Shown here: in pieces, positions 24,454 through 32,000 of the stretch
Numbering within the stretch: the stretch's first letter is position 1
Layout of the letters: each line of letters opens with the position of its first letter
Origin: Halogeometricum borinquense DSM 11551
Lineage (GTDB): Archaea; Halobacteriota; Halobacteria; Halobacteriales; Haloferacaceae
Assembly (NCBI RefSeq): GCF_000172995.2
Contig: NC_014729.1
Coordinates: 2,490,001 to 2,522,000 of the forward strand
Direction: 5' to 3'
DNA length: 32,000 nt
Notes under the pieces: generated by a model
Told to the model about the DNA's origin: nothing
The model's database searches: none
What the model saw: the letters and a program-made list of their open reading frames with translations, nothing else
Translations under genes and position numbers: made by a program

Positions 24454-25284
24454 TCACTCGGGGACGCGTCCGACGACAACATCGAACGGGACGACTTCGG
24501 CCCGTCGGTATCGCTCGTCCTGCATCTGTTCGACGACCGTACGACCCATCTCGCGCCAGTCACGTCTGAGGGCGTCGTACTCGTCGTCAGACAGCGTCCG
24601 CCGAAGTTCCGTCTCGTGAGCGGCCAGTCCCGTCCCGTTTGCCTTCCGTGCGGCATCTTCGAGAGCGGCATCGTCGTACGGCGGTTCGATCAGCTTTCGG
24701 TGGAAGTACCGGCGCGTTCGTACGTCGCACAGACCGACCGACTCGAAGATGTCGGGGAGTCTGTCACCGAGCGCCACGTCGGTCTGGACGCCCGCCATAT
24801 ACGACTCGCGGACGGACCGTTCGAGTGCGACTTCCGCCGAGACAGTCGAATCGACGCCGACGGCGGCGTTGTCCGGTTCGACGGCAGCGACGAGATCCGA
24901 AGAAGCGCGGGTGAACGACTCAATGGCGTCTGTTGGTCGCGGGAGATTCACGAGAAGCGCCTGACACACCACGAGATCAAAGGTATCGTCCGGGAACGGC
25001 AGGCGCGTGGCGTCGCCGACGACGGTCGGCAGGTCGGCCGCCTCGCGTGCGACGCGGAGGAGTTCGGGATCGGCGTCGAGACAGACCACCTCGCCGGGCG
25101 TCTCCGCGTCGAGGACGCGAGAGAGTTCACCGGTGCCGCATCCGACATCTAACACGCGCGACCGGTCCGGTAGCGACAGGTCTTGGAGGGCGTCACGGGA
25201 GTCGTCCCACATCCCCTCGCGCGTCCGCCGCAGGTACTCGGGCGAAAACTTCCGCACGCCCCGGCGTTCTCGGTGGACGGACAA
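24454..25284 (-). CDS. class I SAM-dependent methyltransferase
   Basis: Motif I VLDVGCGTGELS, followed by the acidic post-I residue (CLDAD) and motif II (DLVVCQALL). Confidence 0.85.
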   Translation of the reverse strand: MSVHRERRGVRKFSPEYLRRTREGMWDDSRDALQDLSLPDRSRVLDVGCGTGELSRVLDAETPGEVVCLDADPELLRVAREAADLPTVVGDATRLPFPDDTFDLVVCQALLVNLPRPTDAIESFTRASSDLVAAVEPDNAAVGVDSTVSAEVALERSVRESYMAGVQTDVALGDRLPDIFESVGLCDVRTRRYFHRKLIEPPYDDAALEDAARKANGTGLAAHETELRRTLSDDEYDALRRDWREMGRTVVEQMQDERYRRAEVVPFDVVVGRVPE

Positions 25285-25303
25285 AAGCAGCGCGGGTCAG
25301 TTC

Positions 25304-26719
25304 TCAGTCGCCCCGTCGTCGAAGACGTTCCGCAACTCCGGCGAGAACACCGAGAGCGCCGACGAGCGGGCCGAAACCCGGTGATTCAGTCGCAGTTCCC
25401 GACTCGCCGGGTGACGATGCAGGCGATGCCGATGGAGACGGTGACGGAGACGACGGCGAACGGATCGTCGTCGAGTGTGACTCATTCGATTGGTCGTCCG
25501 CGGTCGATGCGTCCTCATCCGACGGAGTCGCAGTGCTGTCTCCCCCATTTCCGCCCGTCGCAGTCGTCTCCGCCACCGCACCAGTCTCAGTGTTGGCCGC
25601 CGACGAGACCCCTGACCCGAGTTCGAGCGTCGCCACGACGCCGGCGTGATCGGACGGCCAGAGCGTCCGCGAAGACCCGTTCACAGTCGTATGCAGGCGG
25701 CTCTCAGCACCGGCACCGATCAACTTCGCGTCCGTCGCGGCGACTCCGGAACGCACGAGAACGTGATCGACCCGCTTGGGCATCGATTCCTCGCCGTCCA
25801 GCGTTGCCGACCGACAGCAGGTGAAGCCGTCGGCATCCGAGCGGGCCTGCTTCCACGCGTCCGCCAGATTCGAGGTGAGCGTTTCGTACGCTCCGTTTTT
25901 GTACGCAGGACCGTCGTTCAGGTCACCGAGGAGGACCGTCCGGCCATCGATGTCGTCCAGTACGGAAGCGAGTTCGTCGGCCTGCGACCCGCGCACGCTC
26001 TCGGATGATGCTTCGAGATGCGTGTTGACGGCGGTAAACTCCCGACCATCGGCGGTCGCGGAGATGACGCCGTACCCGCGTTCGACGCGAAACGTTCGGT
26101 CGTCGCCGACGGGGATTTCCAGAGCCTCATCGAACGTCCCGGCGGAACTGTCCGATACCGTCACATCCGCGTCGGAGCGAACCAAGAACACGTCCCGGTC
26201 GGTGAGTCGCACGTCGATTCGCTCATCATCCACGAGTCCGGGAAACTCCGCATCGGCGGTCGTCTTCACCTGTGCGACTTCGTAGGGTGTACCCGTCTCA
26301 TCGAGCGCGGCGGTGAGTTCGTCGAGGAAGTCAAACGAGACAGCCTCGGCGTCAAGTCCATCCTCTCCGCCGTCGCCCGGCGTTTCGGTTCGGATGAGTG
26401 CGGCCTCCTGCACGCCAACGACATCGGGTCGTGTCCGGGCGAGTTCGTCCGCGATAGCACGCATCCGGGCCGACGGAGCGCTTCGTTCGATGTCCATGTA
26501 CAGGTCACCGATGGTCCGAGCGAGTTCGTCGCTGGACTCGACAAGAAACAGGGCGAACAGATTCGCACCGAGACCGAGATTCCGCGTTGCGACGGTCAGT
26601 TCCGTCGAACGCGACTGGTCCGCTGCGCCGACAGACGGCACCGTGAGGCCGAGTCCTGCAGCGGCACCAGCGCGAAGGACAGACCGTCGGGAAAGAGCGA
26701 ACGTATCGCGGGGAGACAT
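25304..26719 (-). CDS. secreted endonuclease/exonuclease/phosphatase (EEP) family protein with PGF-CTERM archaeosortase anchor
   Basis: Tat-type signal SRRSVLRAGAAAG. EEP motifs: ATRNLG, VVGVQEA, NTHLE, LGDLND, SDHAGVV. A Ser/Thr/Pro/Asp-rich linker precedes the C-terminal PGFGPLVGALGVLAGVAERLRRRGD. Confidence 0.85.
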   Translation of the reverse strand: MSPRDTFALSRRSVLRAGAAAGLGLTVPSVGAADQSRSTELTVATRNLGLGANLFALFLVESSDELARTIGDLYMDIERSAPSARMRAIADELARTRPDVVGVQEAALIRTETPGDGGEDGLDAEAVSFDFLDELTAALDETGTPYEVAQVKTTADAEFPGLVDDERIDVRLTDRDVFLVRSDADVTVSDSSAGTFDEALEIPVGDDRTFRVERGYGVISATADGREFTAVNTHLEASSESVRGSQADELASVLDDIDGRTVLLGDLNDGPAYKNGAYETLTSNLADAWKQARSDADGFTCCRSATLDGEESMPKRVDHVLVRSGVAATDAKLIGAGAESRLHTTVNGSSRTLWPSDHAGVVATLELGSGVSSAANTETGAVAETTATGGNGGDSTATPSDEDASTADDQSNESHSTTIRSPSSPSPSPSASPASSPGESGTATESPGFGPLVGALGVLAGVAERLRRRGD

Positions 26720-26782
26720 ATCGCCGAGTTATGCCTTGCTGGTGATGAAACCTCGGGCCGAGAAAACTGGAGGGACTGTGAA

Positions 26783-27652
26783 TTACGACTCGCGAAGTTC
26801 GCGCACGCGTTCGATGTTCCACGCGAAGCCTTTGCCGTTCTCCGTCGGCGTCTCCAAGACGAGCGGCACGTCCAGAAGATCCGGGTGGTTGATGAACGCG
26901 CGCATCCCCTCCTCGCCGATGAGGCCTTCACCGATGTGAGCGTGTTCGTCCTTGTTCGTCCCGCACTCGTGTTTCGAGTCGTTCAGGTGGACGCACGCGA
27001 GATGCTCGAGGCCGACCACGTCGTCGAGTTCCGCAACCGTCTCCTCGACACCGTCAGAAGTCGAGAGGTCGTATCCGGCGGCGAAGGCGTGTGCGGTGTC
27101 GAGACAGATATCGAGGTCCTGTTCGGACTGTTCGAGGACGTACGCGAGGTGTTCAAATTCGTCGCCCATCTTCGTCCCACTGCCCGCATCGGATTCGATG
27201 AGGACAGTCACGTCGTCCGGAATATCGAGTTCATCGAGAACGGAGACGGCGTTGTCGAGACCCTGTTCCTCTCCCGCGCCGGTGTGCGCGCCGAGATGGA
27301 CGTTGACGTACTCGATGCCGAGTTTCGCCGCCATATCGACTTCCGTCTGCATGGAGTCGAGCGACTTCTGTCGGAGGTCGTCTTTCGGCGTACAGAGGTT
27401 CACGAGGTACGACGAGTGGATGACCCACGGGCCGTCGAGTTTACCGGCCGTTTCCTCCCGAAAGAGTTCGGCCTCCGCATCGGAGATATCCGGGTCGCGC
27501 CACACCTGCGGCGACGTCGTGAATATCTGCCCGCAGTTGCCGCCGAAGGCGACCTGTCTGTGGACGGCGTTGGCGACGTTCCCGTGCGGCGGCGTCTCCT
27601 CGTCCGAGGAGACTTTCGAACTGGACATTGAGACGTGTGCTCCGACTCGCAT
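26783..27652 (-). CDS. nfo: deoxyribonuclease IV (endonuclease IV, AP endonuclease family 2)
   Basis: MRVGAHVS N-terminus, [28 protein letters not shown] and VHLNDSK...DEHAHIGEG match the Nfo metal-binding motifs. A CACTATAGG box lies about 27 nt upstream. Confidence 0.9.
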   Translation of the reverse strand: MRVGAHVSMSSSKVSSDEETPPHGNVANAVHRQVAFGGNCGQIFTTSPQVWRDPDISDAEAELFREETAGKLDGPWVIHSSYLVNLCTPKDDLRQKSLDSMQTEVDMAAKLGIEYVNVHLGAHTGAGEEQGLDNAVSVLDELDIPDDVTVLIESDAGSGTKMGDEFEHLAYVLEQSEQDLDICLDTAHAFAAGYDLSTSDGVEETVAELDDVVGLEHLACVHLNDSKHECGTNKDEHAHIGEGLIGEEGMRAFINHPDLLDVPLVLETPTENGKGFAWNIERVRELRES

Positions 27653-27784
27653 GACAGACCGCAGGAAGTAGGCACCTATAGTGACTTCGGACGACGGCCA
27701 CCGGGTGGATGACCACAGCGGAAGGTCGTGGATTGACCGAAAGGGAGAGAACTGCTATTAATCAGGACAGTTTACGGACAGTGT

Positions 27785-28315
27785 ATGTCAGATGTGGGGA
27801 TTGCGGTTGGGGAGACAGTTCCGGACGTACAGCAATCGTTGGTTCAGCCTGACGGGGAAACGGAGACAGCCTCACTGTCGGAACTCGTGGAGGAACAGCC
27901 GGTTCTGTTGAACTTCTACACCGTCGATTTCAGTCCCGACTGCATCTCTGAATGGTGTGAATTCCGCGATTTCGACTGGTTCGCAAGCGGTGACGCGGTG
28001 CAGGTCGTCGGTGCGAGCAAATCCGGCGAGCGACTCCATCGGAAGTTCATCAGCCAGTTCGACCTCGGGTTCCCGCTCTTTGCAGACACTACCCTCGAAC
28101 TAGCCGACGCGTTCGGCGTACGGTACAAGGCGTTCGGTCTGTCACACCGCGCACACCGGTCCTGTTTTCTCGTCGATGAAGAGATGACAGTCCGCTACAA
28201 ATGGATCGGCGAACACTGGATGGACCCGACGCGTGACACCCCACCCGTCAGCGAGATACACGAGGCAATCGTTGACGAGTTAACCATTGACCAAACGGAG
28301 ACGTTCGGATTCTAA
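27785..28315 (+). CDS. Bcp/PrxQ-like peroxiredoxin (AhpC/TSA family)
   Basis: Thioredoxin-fold protein with an SPDCISEWC motif, matching the C-x4-C spacing of Bcp-type peroxiredoxins. A GCTATTAATCAGG box lies about 27 nt upstream. Confidence 0.78.
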   Translation: MSDVGIAVGETVPDVQQSLVQPDGETETASLSELVEEQPVLLNFYTVDFSPDCISEWCEFRDFDWFASGDAVQVVGASKSGERLHRKFISQFDLGFPLFADTTLELADAFGVRYKAFGLSHRAHRSCFLVDEEMTVRYKWIGEHWMDPTRDTPPVSEIHEAIVDELTIDQTETFGF

Positions 28316-28392
28316 CGGAGGCTTCGGGTTCTAACGGAGACGCTCGAATTCTACCGCGGACGCTCGGATTTCAAACGGAGACGTGCGGTCCT
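28294..28392. repeat. five-copy degenerate tandem repeat of about 20 bp
   Basis: Units: AACGGAGACGTTCGGATTCT (28294-28313), AACGGAGGCTTCGGGTTCT (28314-28332), AACGGAGACGCTCGAATTCT (28333-28352), ACCGCGGACGCTCGGATTTC (28353-28372), AAACGGAGACGTGCGGTCCT (28373-28392). The array starts in the last codons of the Bcp-like gene and ends at the lplA stop. Confidence 0.85.
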
Positions 28393-29216
28393 TAGCTACG
28401 CGGGTCCCGTCGGACCCACTCGTCGTCGGCGTACTTCTCCTCGGCGCATTCTCTCGCGCGTTCGAGTTCGTCGGCAGTCCACTCGCCGACCGTCGCATCC
28501 GCCCAGTCAGCGAGCGCAGATTCGACCGCTGAAACGGCTTCCTCGCGAGTTACGTCCGCAAATTCGTCGATGCCGCCGACGCGAGCCTCGAACGTCGAAT
28601 CAGTCACATCGTGGCCTGCGAAAACGTCGAGATGCGCTGCCTCCGTTACCGAGTACGTGAGCGACCCGTGCTGGATGACCGCGTCGTTCCGGCGGTACTG
28701 GGCGTTTCCGCTGACCTTCTTTCCGTTTGCGACCACATCGTGTGCAGGGTGTAGTTCGCGGAGGTAACACGCTGGATGCCAGATTTCCGGCATGGATTCT
28801 TCGACGAAGTCGGCGGCGACGCCGAGACGAGCGAAGGCATCGAGGATGGGTTCACAGAGTAGGTGATAGCTCTCCATCAGGTCGCCCGGCAGTTCCGCCT
28901 TCGGCGCGACGATGGAGTAGGAGATGTCACCGTCGTAGTCGTGGTAGATGCCGCCGCCACCGGTTTGTCGGCGGGTGACGGTGACATTCTCGCGTTCGCA
29001 AAGCCCCCAATCGACCGTCTCGGGGTCTTGGTGGTAGCCGAGAGAAAGCGTACTCGGTTCCCAGCGATAGACGCGGACCGTTCGCGGCCCGCCGTCGGCC
29101 GCCGTCTCAGCGGCAATTTCGTCCAGCGCCATCTGCATCGCACCGTCTCTGCGTTCTTCAGGAATCAGTCGCCACTCCCGGTCGGCCAACGGACCGCTCG
29201 GGGCGTCGTCGGTCAT
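28392..29216 (-). CDS. lplA: lipoate-protein ligase family protein (BPL/LplA/LipB domain)
   Basis: Motifs AMQMALDEIA, VRVYRWEPSTLSLGYHQ, RRQTGGGGIYHD and GKKVSGNAQYRR (catalytic Lys region) are typical of LplA-type ligases. Confidence 0.85.
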   Translation of the reverse strand: MTDDAPSGPLADREWRLIPEERRDGAMQMALDEIAAETAADGGPRTVRVYRWEPSTLSLGYHQDPETVDWGLCERENVTVTRRQTGGGGIYHDYDGDISYSIVAPKAELPGDLMESYHLLCEPILDAFARLGVAADFVEESMPEIWHPACYLRELHPAHDVVANGKKVSGNAQYRRNDAVIQHGSLTYSVTEAAHLDVFAGHDVTDSTFEARVGGIDEFADVTREEAVSAVESALADWADATVGEWTADELERARECAEEKYADDEWVRRDPRS

Positions 29217-29253
29217 ACTGGCCGCTACGGGAGACCTCCAGAAAGCGGTTTCG

Positions 29254-29976
29254 TCAGTCGAACGCGCGGCGCGTCACGAATTCGGGCAGCAGTCGAACGA
29301 GGAGGGCGACGAGTCGCCACCGACGAGTGACGTACACGCGGTTCCGTTCGGCGCGAATCGCGGCGTGAATCTGTTCGGCGGCCGTCTCGGGAGAGGCCAT
29401 CCAGAACGTCTCGCCAATCGCCATCTCCGTATCCACGAATCCCGGGATCACGTCCGTCACGGTAATGTCCGCCTCCGAAGCCACGGCGCGAGAACGGAGA
29501 CCGTCGAGATAGCGCGAGACAAACGCCTTCGAGGCGTTGTAGGCAGGCGCGACGGGGTTACCGAAGAACTCCGCAACTGACGAGATGCCGACGAGGTGGC
29601 CACCGCCGCGGGACTCGAAGTGTTCCATCGACCACGTGGCGAGGGCGGCGAATCCGCGGACGTTCACGTCCACAGTGTCGCGTTCTGGCTCCCACGCTAA
29701 CTCGCGGTTTTCGTGACCGACGCCCGCCGAAAGGACGACGAGGTCCACACCATCCATTGCATCGGCGAGACGGTCCATCCGGTCTCTAGCCTCGTCGGGA
29801 TCCGACACGTCCATGCGCGCGACGTACGATTTCGTCGGGAGGTCCGCACCGAGCGATTCGAGTTTCGAGAGGCGGCGCGCCGCGAGACCGACCTCGTATC
29901 CGGCGTCAGCCAGTTCGGAAGCGAGAGCGCGGCCGATACCGGACGATGCGCCGACGACGACGGCAGTCCGAGTCAT
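29254..29976 (-). CDS. SDR-family oxidoreductase
   Basis: Rossmann motif VVGASSGIGRALA and catalytic YNASK. The ATG at 29976 (MTRTAVVVG...) is preferred over the GTG at 29997. Confidence 0.88.
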   Translation of the reverse strand: MTRTAVVVGASSGIGRALASELADAGYEVGLAARRLSKLESLGADLPTKSYVARMDVSDPDEARDRMDRLADAMDGVDLVVLSAGVGHENRELAWEPERDTVDVNVRGFAALATWSMEHFESRGGGHLVGISSVAEFFGNPVAPAYNASKAFVSRYLDGLRSRAVASEADITVTDVIPGFVDTEMAIGETFWMASPETAAEQIHAAIRAERNRVYVTRRWRLVALLVRLLPEFVTRRAFD

Positions 29977-30021
29977 GTCAGTAGCGACGACTGCCACTTA
30001 CGTGAATGAGTCGGTACAGTC

Positions 30022-30381
30022 CTACGCGAGGAGACGAGAGACGAGCAGAAAGAGGCGACGGAGGTTCTTGCCGAGTGACTTTTGACCTTCGCTGTGGAGT
30101 GTGATGTCGTCCTCCTCGCCGAGGTGAATCTCGATTGTCCGGCCCCGGTCTTTCATGTCGGCCATCTTGATCGCCCGGATGCTCTCCAGCGGGACTATCA
30201 TGTAGCGAAAGTCCTCGTCAGCGATGTCGGCGTTACAGTGTTTTCCGTAGACGTGAAGGCTGTTTTTCGTCAGCCCGATTTCGTACCCGATGTACTGCAT
30301 CCCGGCGACGTCCGCGCCGGCACGTTCGCCCTTGACCTTCGCTCGGAGTAACTCCTCCGGCAATTCGATTCCATCGACCAT
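30022..30381 (-). CDS. hypothetical protein
   Basis: 119-aa acidic ORF with a hydrophobic/basic C-terminal tail (NLRRLFLLVSRLLA). No family recognised. Confidence 0.6.
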   Translation of the reverse strand: MVDGIELPEELLRAKVKGERAGADVAGMQYIGYEIGLTKNSLHVYGKHCNADIADEDFRYMIVPLESIRAIKMADMKDRGRTIEIHLGEEDDITLHSEGQKSLGKNLRRLFLLVSRLLA

Positions 30382-30524
30382 CGTCTGGTGATTTTCGAGC
30401 GAGGTGATAAACGTAGTCCCGTCGGCTTCGCATCGGCGACCGCCGCGTTCGGCGGCGGAAAGAAAGACACACGGGCGAGAACGTTCGCCATCGGGCTTTT
30501 AGAGCGTTAGCTCGAACGAAAAGT

Positions 30525-30989
30525 ATGGTACGAGATGACATCGCAAACGGGCGAGACGGCTACGGTGGAGAGATACCCGAGAGCGTAGACCAAGCGGCCG
30601 TCGAGCGGATGCGATCAGTCGCGTACGTTCTCGACGACCTTGTGGGGATTCCGGGAACGAACAGTCGTGTCGGCATCGACCCAGTGCTCGGCACGGTCCC
30701 CGTCGTCGGCGACGTGGTGAGCGCCGCGTTCTCGCTGTACATCGTCCTCGAATCGGCCCGACTCGGCGTCTCGTACAAAACGCTGTTAGTGATGATCGCA
30801 AACGTCGCCATCGACACCGCTGGCGGGTCGCTACCGTACGTCGGCGTCCTTTTTGACGCGGTCTGGAAGGCGAACAAGTGGAACGTAGAGATGGCGCTCG
30901 CAGAACTCACGGACGGCATGGACCTCGAAGACGAGTTCGGCGACGACGGAGACGAGGACGAAGGCCCCATCACCATCGACATAAAGTGA
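30525..30989 (+). CDS. DUF4112-domain membrane protein
   Basis: The pattern LDDLVGIPGTNSRVGIDPVLGTVPVVGDVVSA...NVAIDTAGGSLPYVGVLFDAVWKANKWN matches the DUF4112 consensus as I recall it. The C-terminal tail is acidic. Confidence 0.78.
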   Translation: MVRDDIANGRDGYGGEIPESVDQAAVERMRSVAYVLDDLVGIPGTNSRVGIDPVLGTVPVVGDVVSAAFSLYIVLESARLGVSYKTLLVMIANVAIDTAGGSLPYVGVLFDAVWKANKWNVEMALAELTDGMDLEDEFGDDGDEDEGPITIDIK

Positions 30990-31040
30990 GATCACGGCCC
31001 GACTGCGTCGCAACGCAAACGCTGTCAGAAACGTGTGGCA

Positions 31041-31727
31041 TTAGAAACTCGTGACGAGGCGCGCGAACGAGGCACGAACTCCCGGGAACCACGTGTCCTC
31101 ACGCACGAAGGCGATAGTCGTAGACCGGTCGATAGACGATTCGCCTGCTGCGTCGCCGGACCACCGAACGGTATCTGTTGTCGTCGTCGCGTCGCCGTAG
31201 CCGCCCTGAACCGCGTACCCGTCCGGCGCGCGAACCGTGAGTTCGTCCGCGCCGGCGTAGACCGTCCCTTCACCGCCGATAAGGAACGGATTCACTGGAC
31301 TGGAGGCGTGAAAGGAAGTAAACAGGAGAACGTCGGATTCAGACGTAACTGCGTCCGTATCGCGGTACGTGACGACCAGTGTGTCGCCGTCGAGGTGACT
31401 TGATACGTTCTCGGGCGTCGCCGGGGCGTACGTCTGCTCCATCGCATCGGCGACGACGTTCGACCGGAGGGTGTCGTTCGTCAGTCTGTCTGCTCCCGCG
31501 GCAAGAGCGACGCGCGCAGTCCACCGCGTCGAGCCGTTCTCCGCCACGTCCACGGCCATCGCCGACTGTTCTCGTTCGAGCGTGATACCATTCTCAGCGG
31601 CGGCGGTATCGAGTGCGTCAGTGCAGACACCGCAAGCGGCACGGGGAGGGGCGAGCGCTGCTGCGGGAACGGCGACAGCGAGTGAGAGGATGGCGATGAC
31701 GAGGACGAGTTGACGGGCGGAAGGCAT
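31041..31727 (-). CDS. secreted hypothetical protein
   Basis: 228 aa counted from the ATG at 31727 (MPSARQLVLVIAILSLAVAVPAAALA...), with a Sec-type signal peptide and an acidic mature part. No family recognised. Confidence 0.68.
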   Translation of the reverse strand: MPSARQLVLVIAILSLAVAVPAAALAPPRAACGVCTDALDTAAAENGITLEREQSAMAVDVAENGSTRWTARVALAAGADRLTNDTLRSNVVADAMEQTYAPATPENVSSHLDGDTLVVTYRDTDAVTSESDVLLFTSFHASSPVNPFLIGGEGTVYAGADELTVRAPDGYAVQGGYGDATTTTDTVRWSGDAAGESSIDRSTTIAFVREDTWFPGVRASFARLVTSF

Positions 31728-31812
31728 GACGCGAAGATAACAGTGAGAGAACAAGAAAGTTACCGGCGAGGAGTCAATTCGACCCAAGAGTCCGGCCCGA
31801 CCAGTGACGGCC

Positions 31813-32000
31813 TCACATATTCGACTGAATCACGTCGGCGGCCTCCGCGCTCGTCTTCGGCGTTGCTTGCGCGATCGCTTCAATCAGCACGTACTGTTCG
31901 ACGATGTCGTTTATCCGCCGGGCAGAAACTCCACCATCTTCCTCGTCAGTATACCGACCAAGTCGTCTGGATACGTAGTCGAAATGATCCACATCCCGGA
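31813..32000 (-). CDS. C-terminal end of an unidentified protein (5' part outside the window)
   Basis: My translation of the minus strand gives an open frame to the window edge, ...RINDIVEQYVLIEAIAQATPKTSAEAADVIQSNM, with stop TGA at 31813-31815. The fragment is short, so this is weakly supported. Confidence 0.4.
   Translation of the reverse strand, partial: RDVDHFDYVSRRLGRYTDEEDGGVSARRINDIVEQYVLIEAIAQATPKTSAEAADVIQSNM

Noticed and set aside
24337-25152. 271-aa plus-strand ORF overlapping the methyltransferase gene
   Set aside because: It is antisense to a gene with clear SAM-binding motifs and has no signature of its own.
26018-27631. 537-aa plus-strand ORF
   Set aside because: It is antisense to the EEP gene and nfo, and its Arg/Val-rich composition is not haloarchaeal. 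Shadow ORF.
27765-27782. GGACAGT direct repeat (27765-27771 and 27776-27782) between the TATA-like box and the ATG of the Bcp-like gene
   Set aside because: These are only two 7-nt copies in a short spacer, which is compatible with chance. No further support.
28294-28392. Possible CRISPR array
   Set aside because: The repeats are contiguous with no spacers, are only about 20 bp long, are degenerate, and have no cas genes nearby. I classified this as a tandem repeat.

Overview
GC-rich segment with an acidic predicted proteome, twin-arginine lipoproteins and a PGF-CTERM protein, so it is almost certainly chromosomal DNA from a haloarchaeon (class Halobacteria). The window is densely coding (about 36 CDS and one tRNA) and looks like core chromosome, not an accessory island. 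I saw no transposase, integrase, CRISPR array or recognisable defence genes.

Main blocks:
- 1-4981: partial NuoF-like gene, aldehyde:ferredoxin oxidoreductase, cobQ and cobO.
- 5123-7210: an uncharacterised membrane-protein and Tat-lipoprotein pair lying inside the cobalamin locus.
- 7253-14262: eight tightly coupled minus-strand genes, HAD-cbiB-cobS-cobY-cobT-cobD-cbiZ-cbiA (late cobamide assembly and salvage).
- 14317-17433: DNA glycosylase, M24 peptidase, peroxiredoxin-like gene and tRNA-Tyr(GUA).
- 17546-19734: the cell-division module cdrL-cdrS-ftsZ2.
- 19808-21931: a cupredoxin-fusion Tat lipoprotein.
- 22105-32000: ncsA, small proteins, methyltransferase, a PGF-CTERM EEP enzyme, nfo, Bcp-like gene, lplA, SDR, DUF4112 and others.

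I did not find convincing evidence of a new multi-gene system. The most interesting signals:
- A statistically unlikely array of GTAAGAC half-sites plus a structured leader in the cdrS/ftsZ2 control region.
- The cupredoxin fused to a large unknown domain.
- The orphan membrane/lipoprotein pair embedded in the cob locus.
- An atypical HAD gene leading the cob operon.
- A 5-copy ~20-bp tandem repeat at 28294-28392.

The many long Arg-rich ORFs antisense to real genes are GC-driven shadow ORFs.
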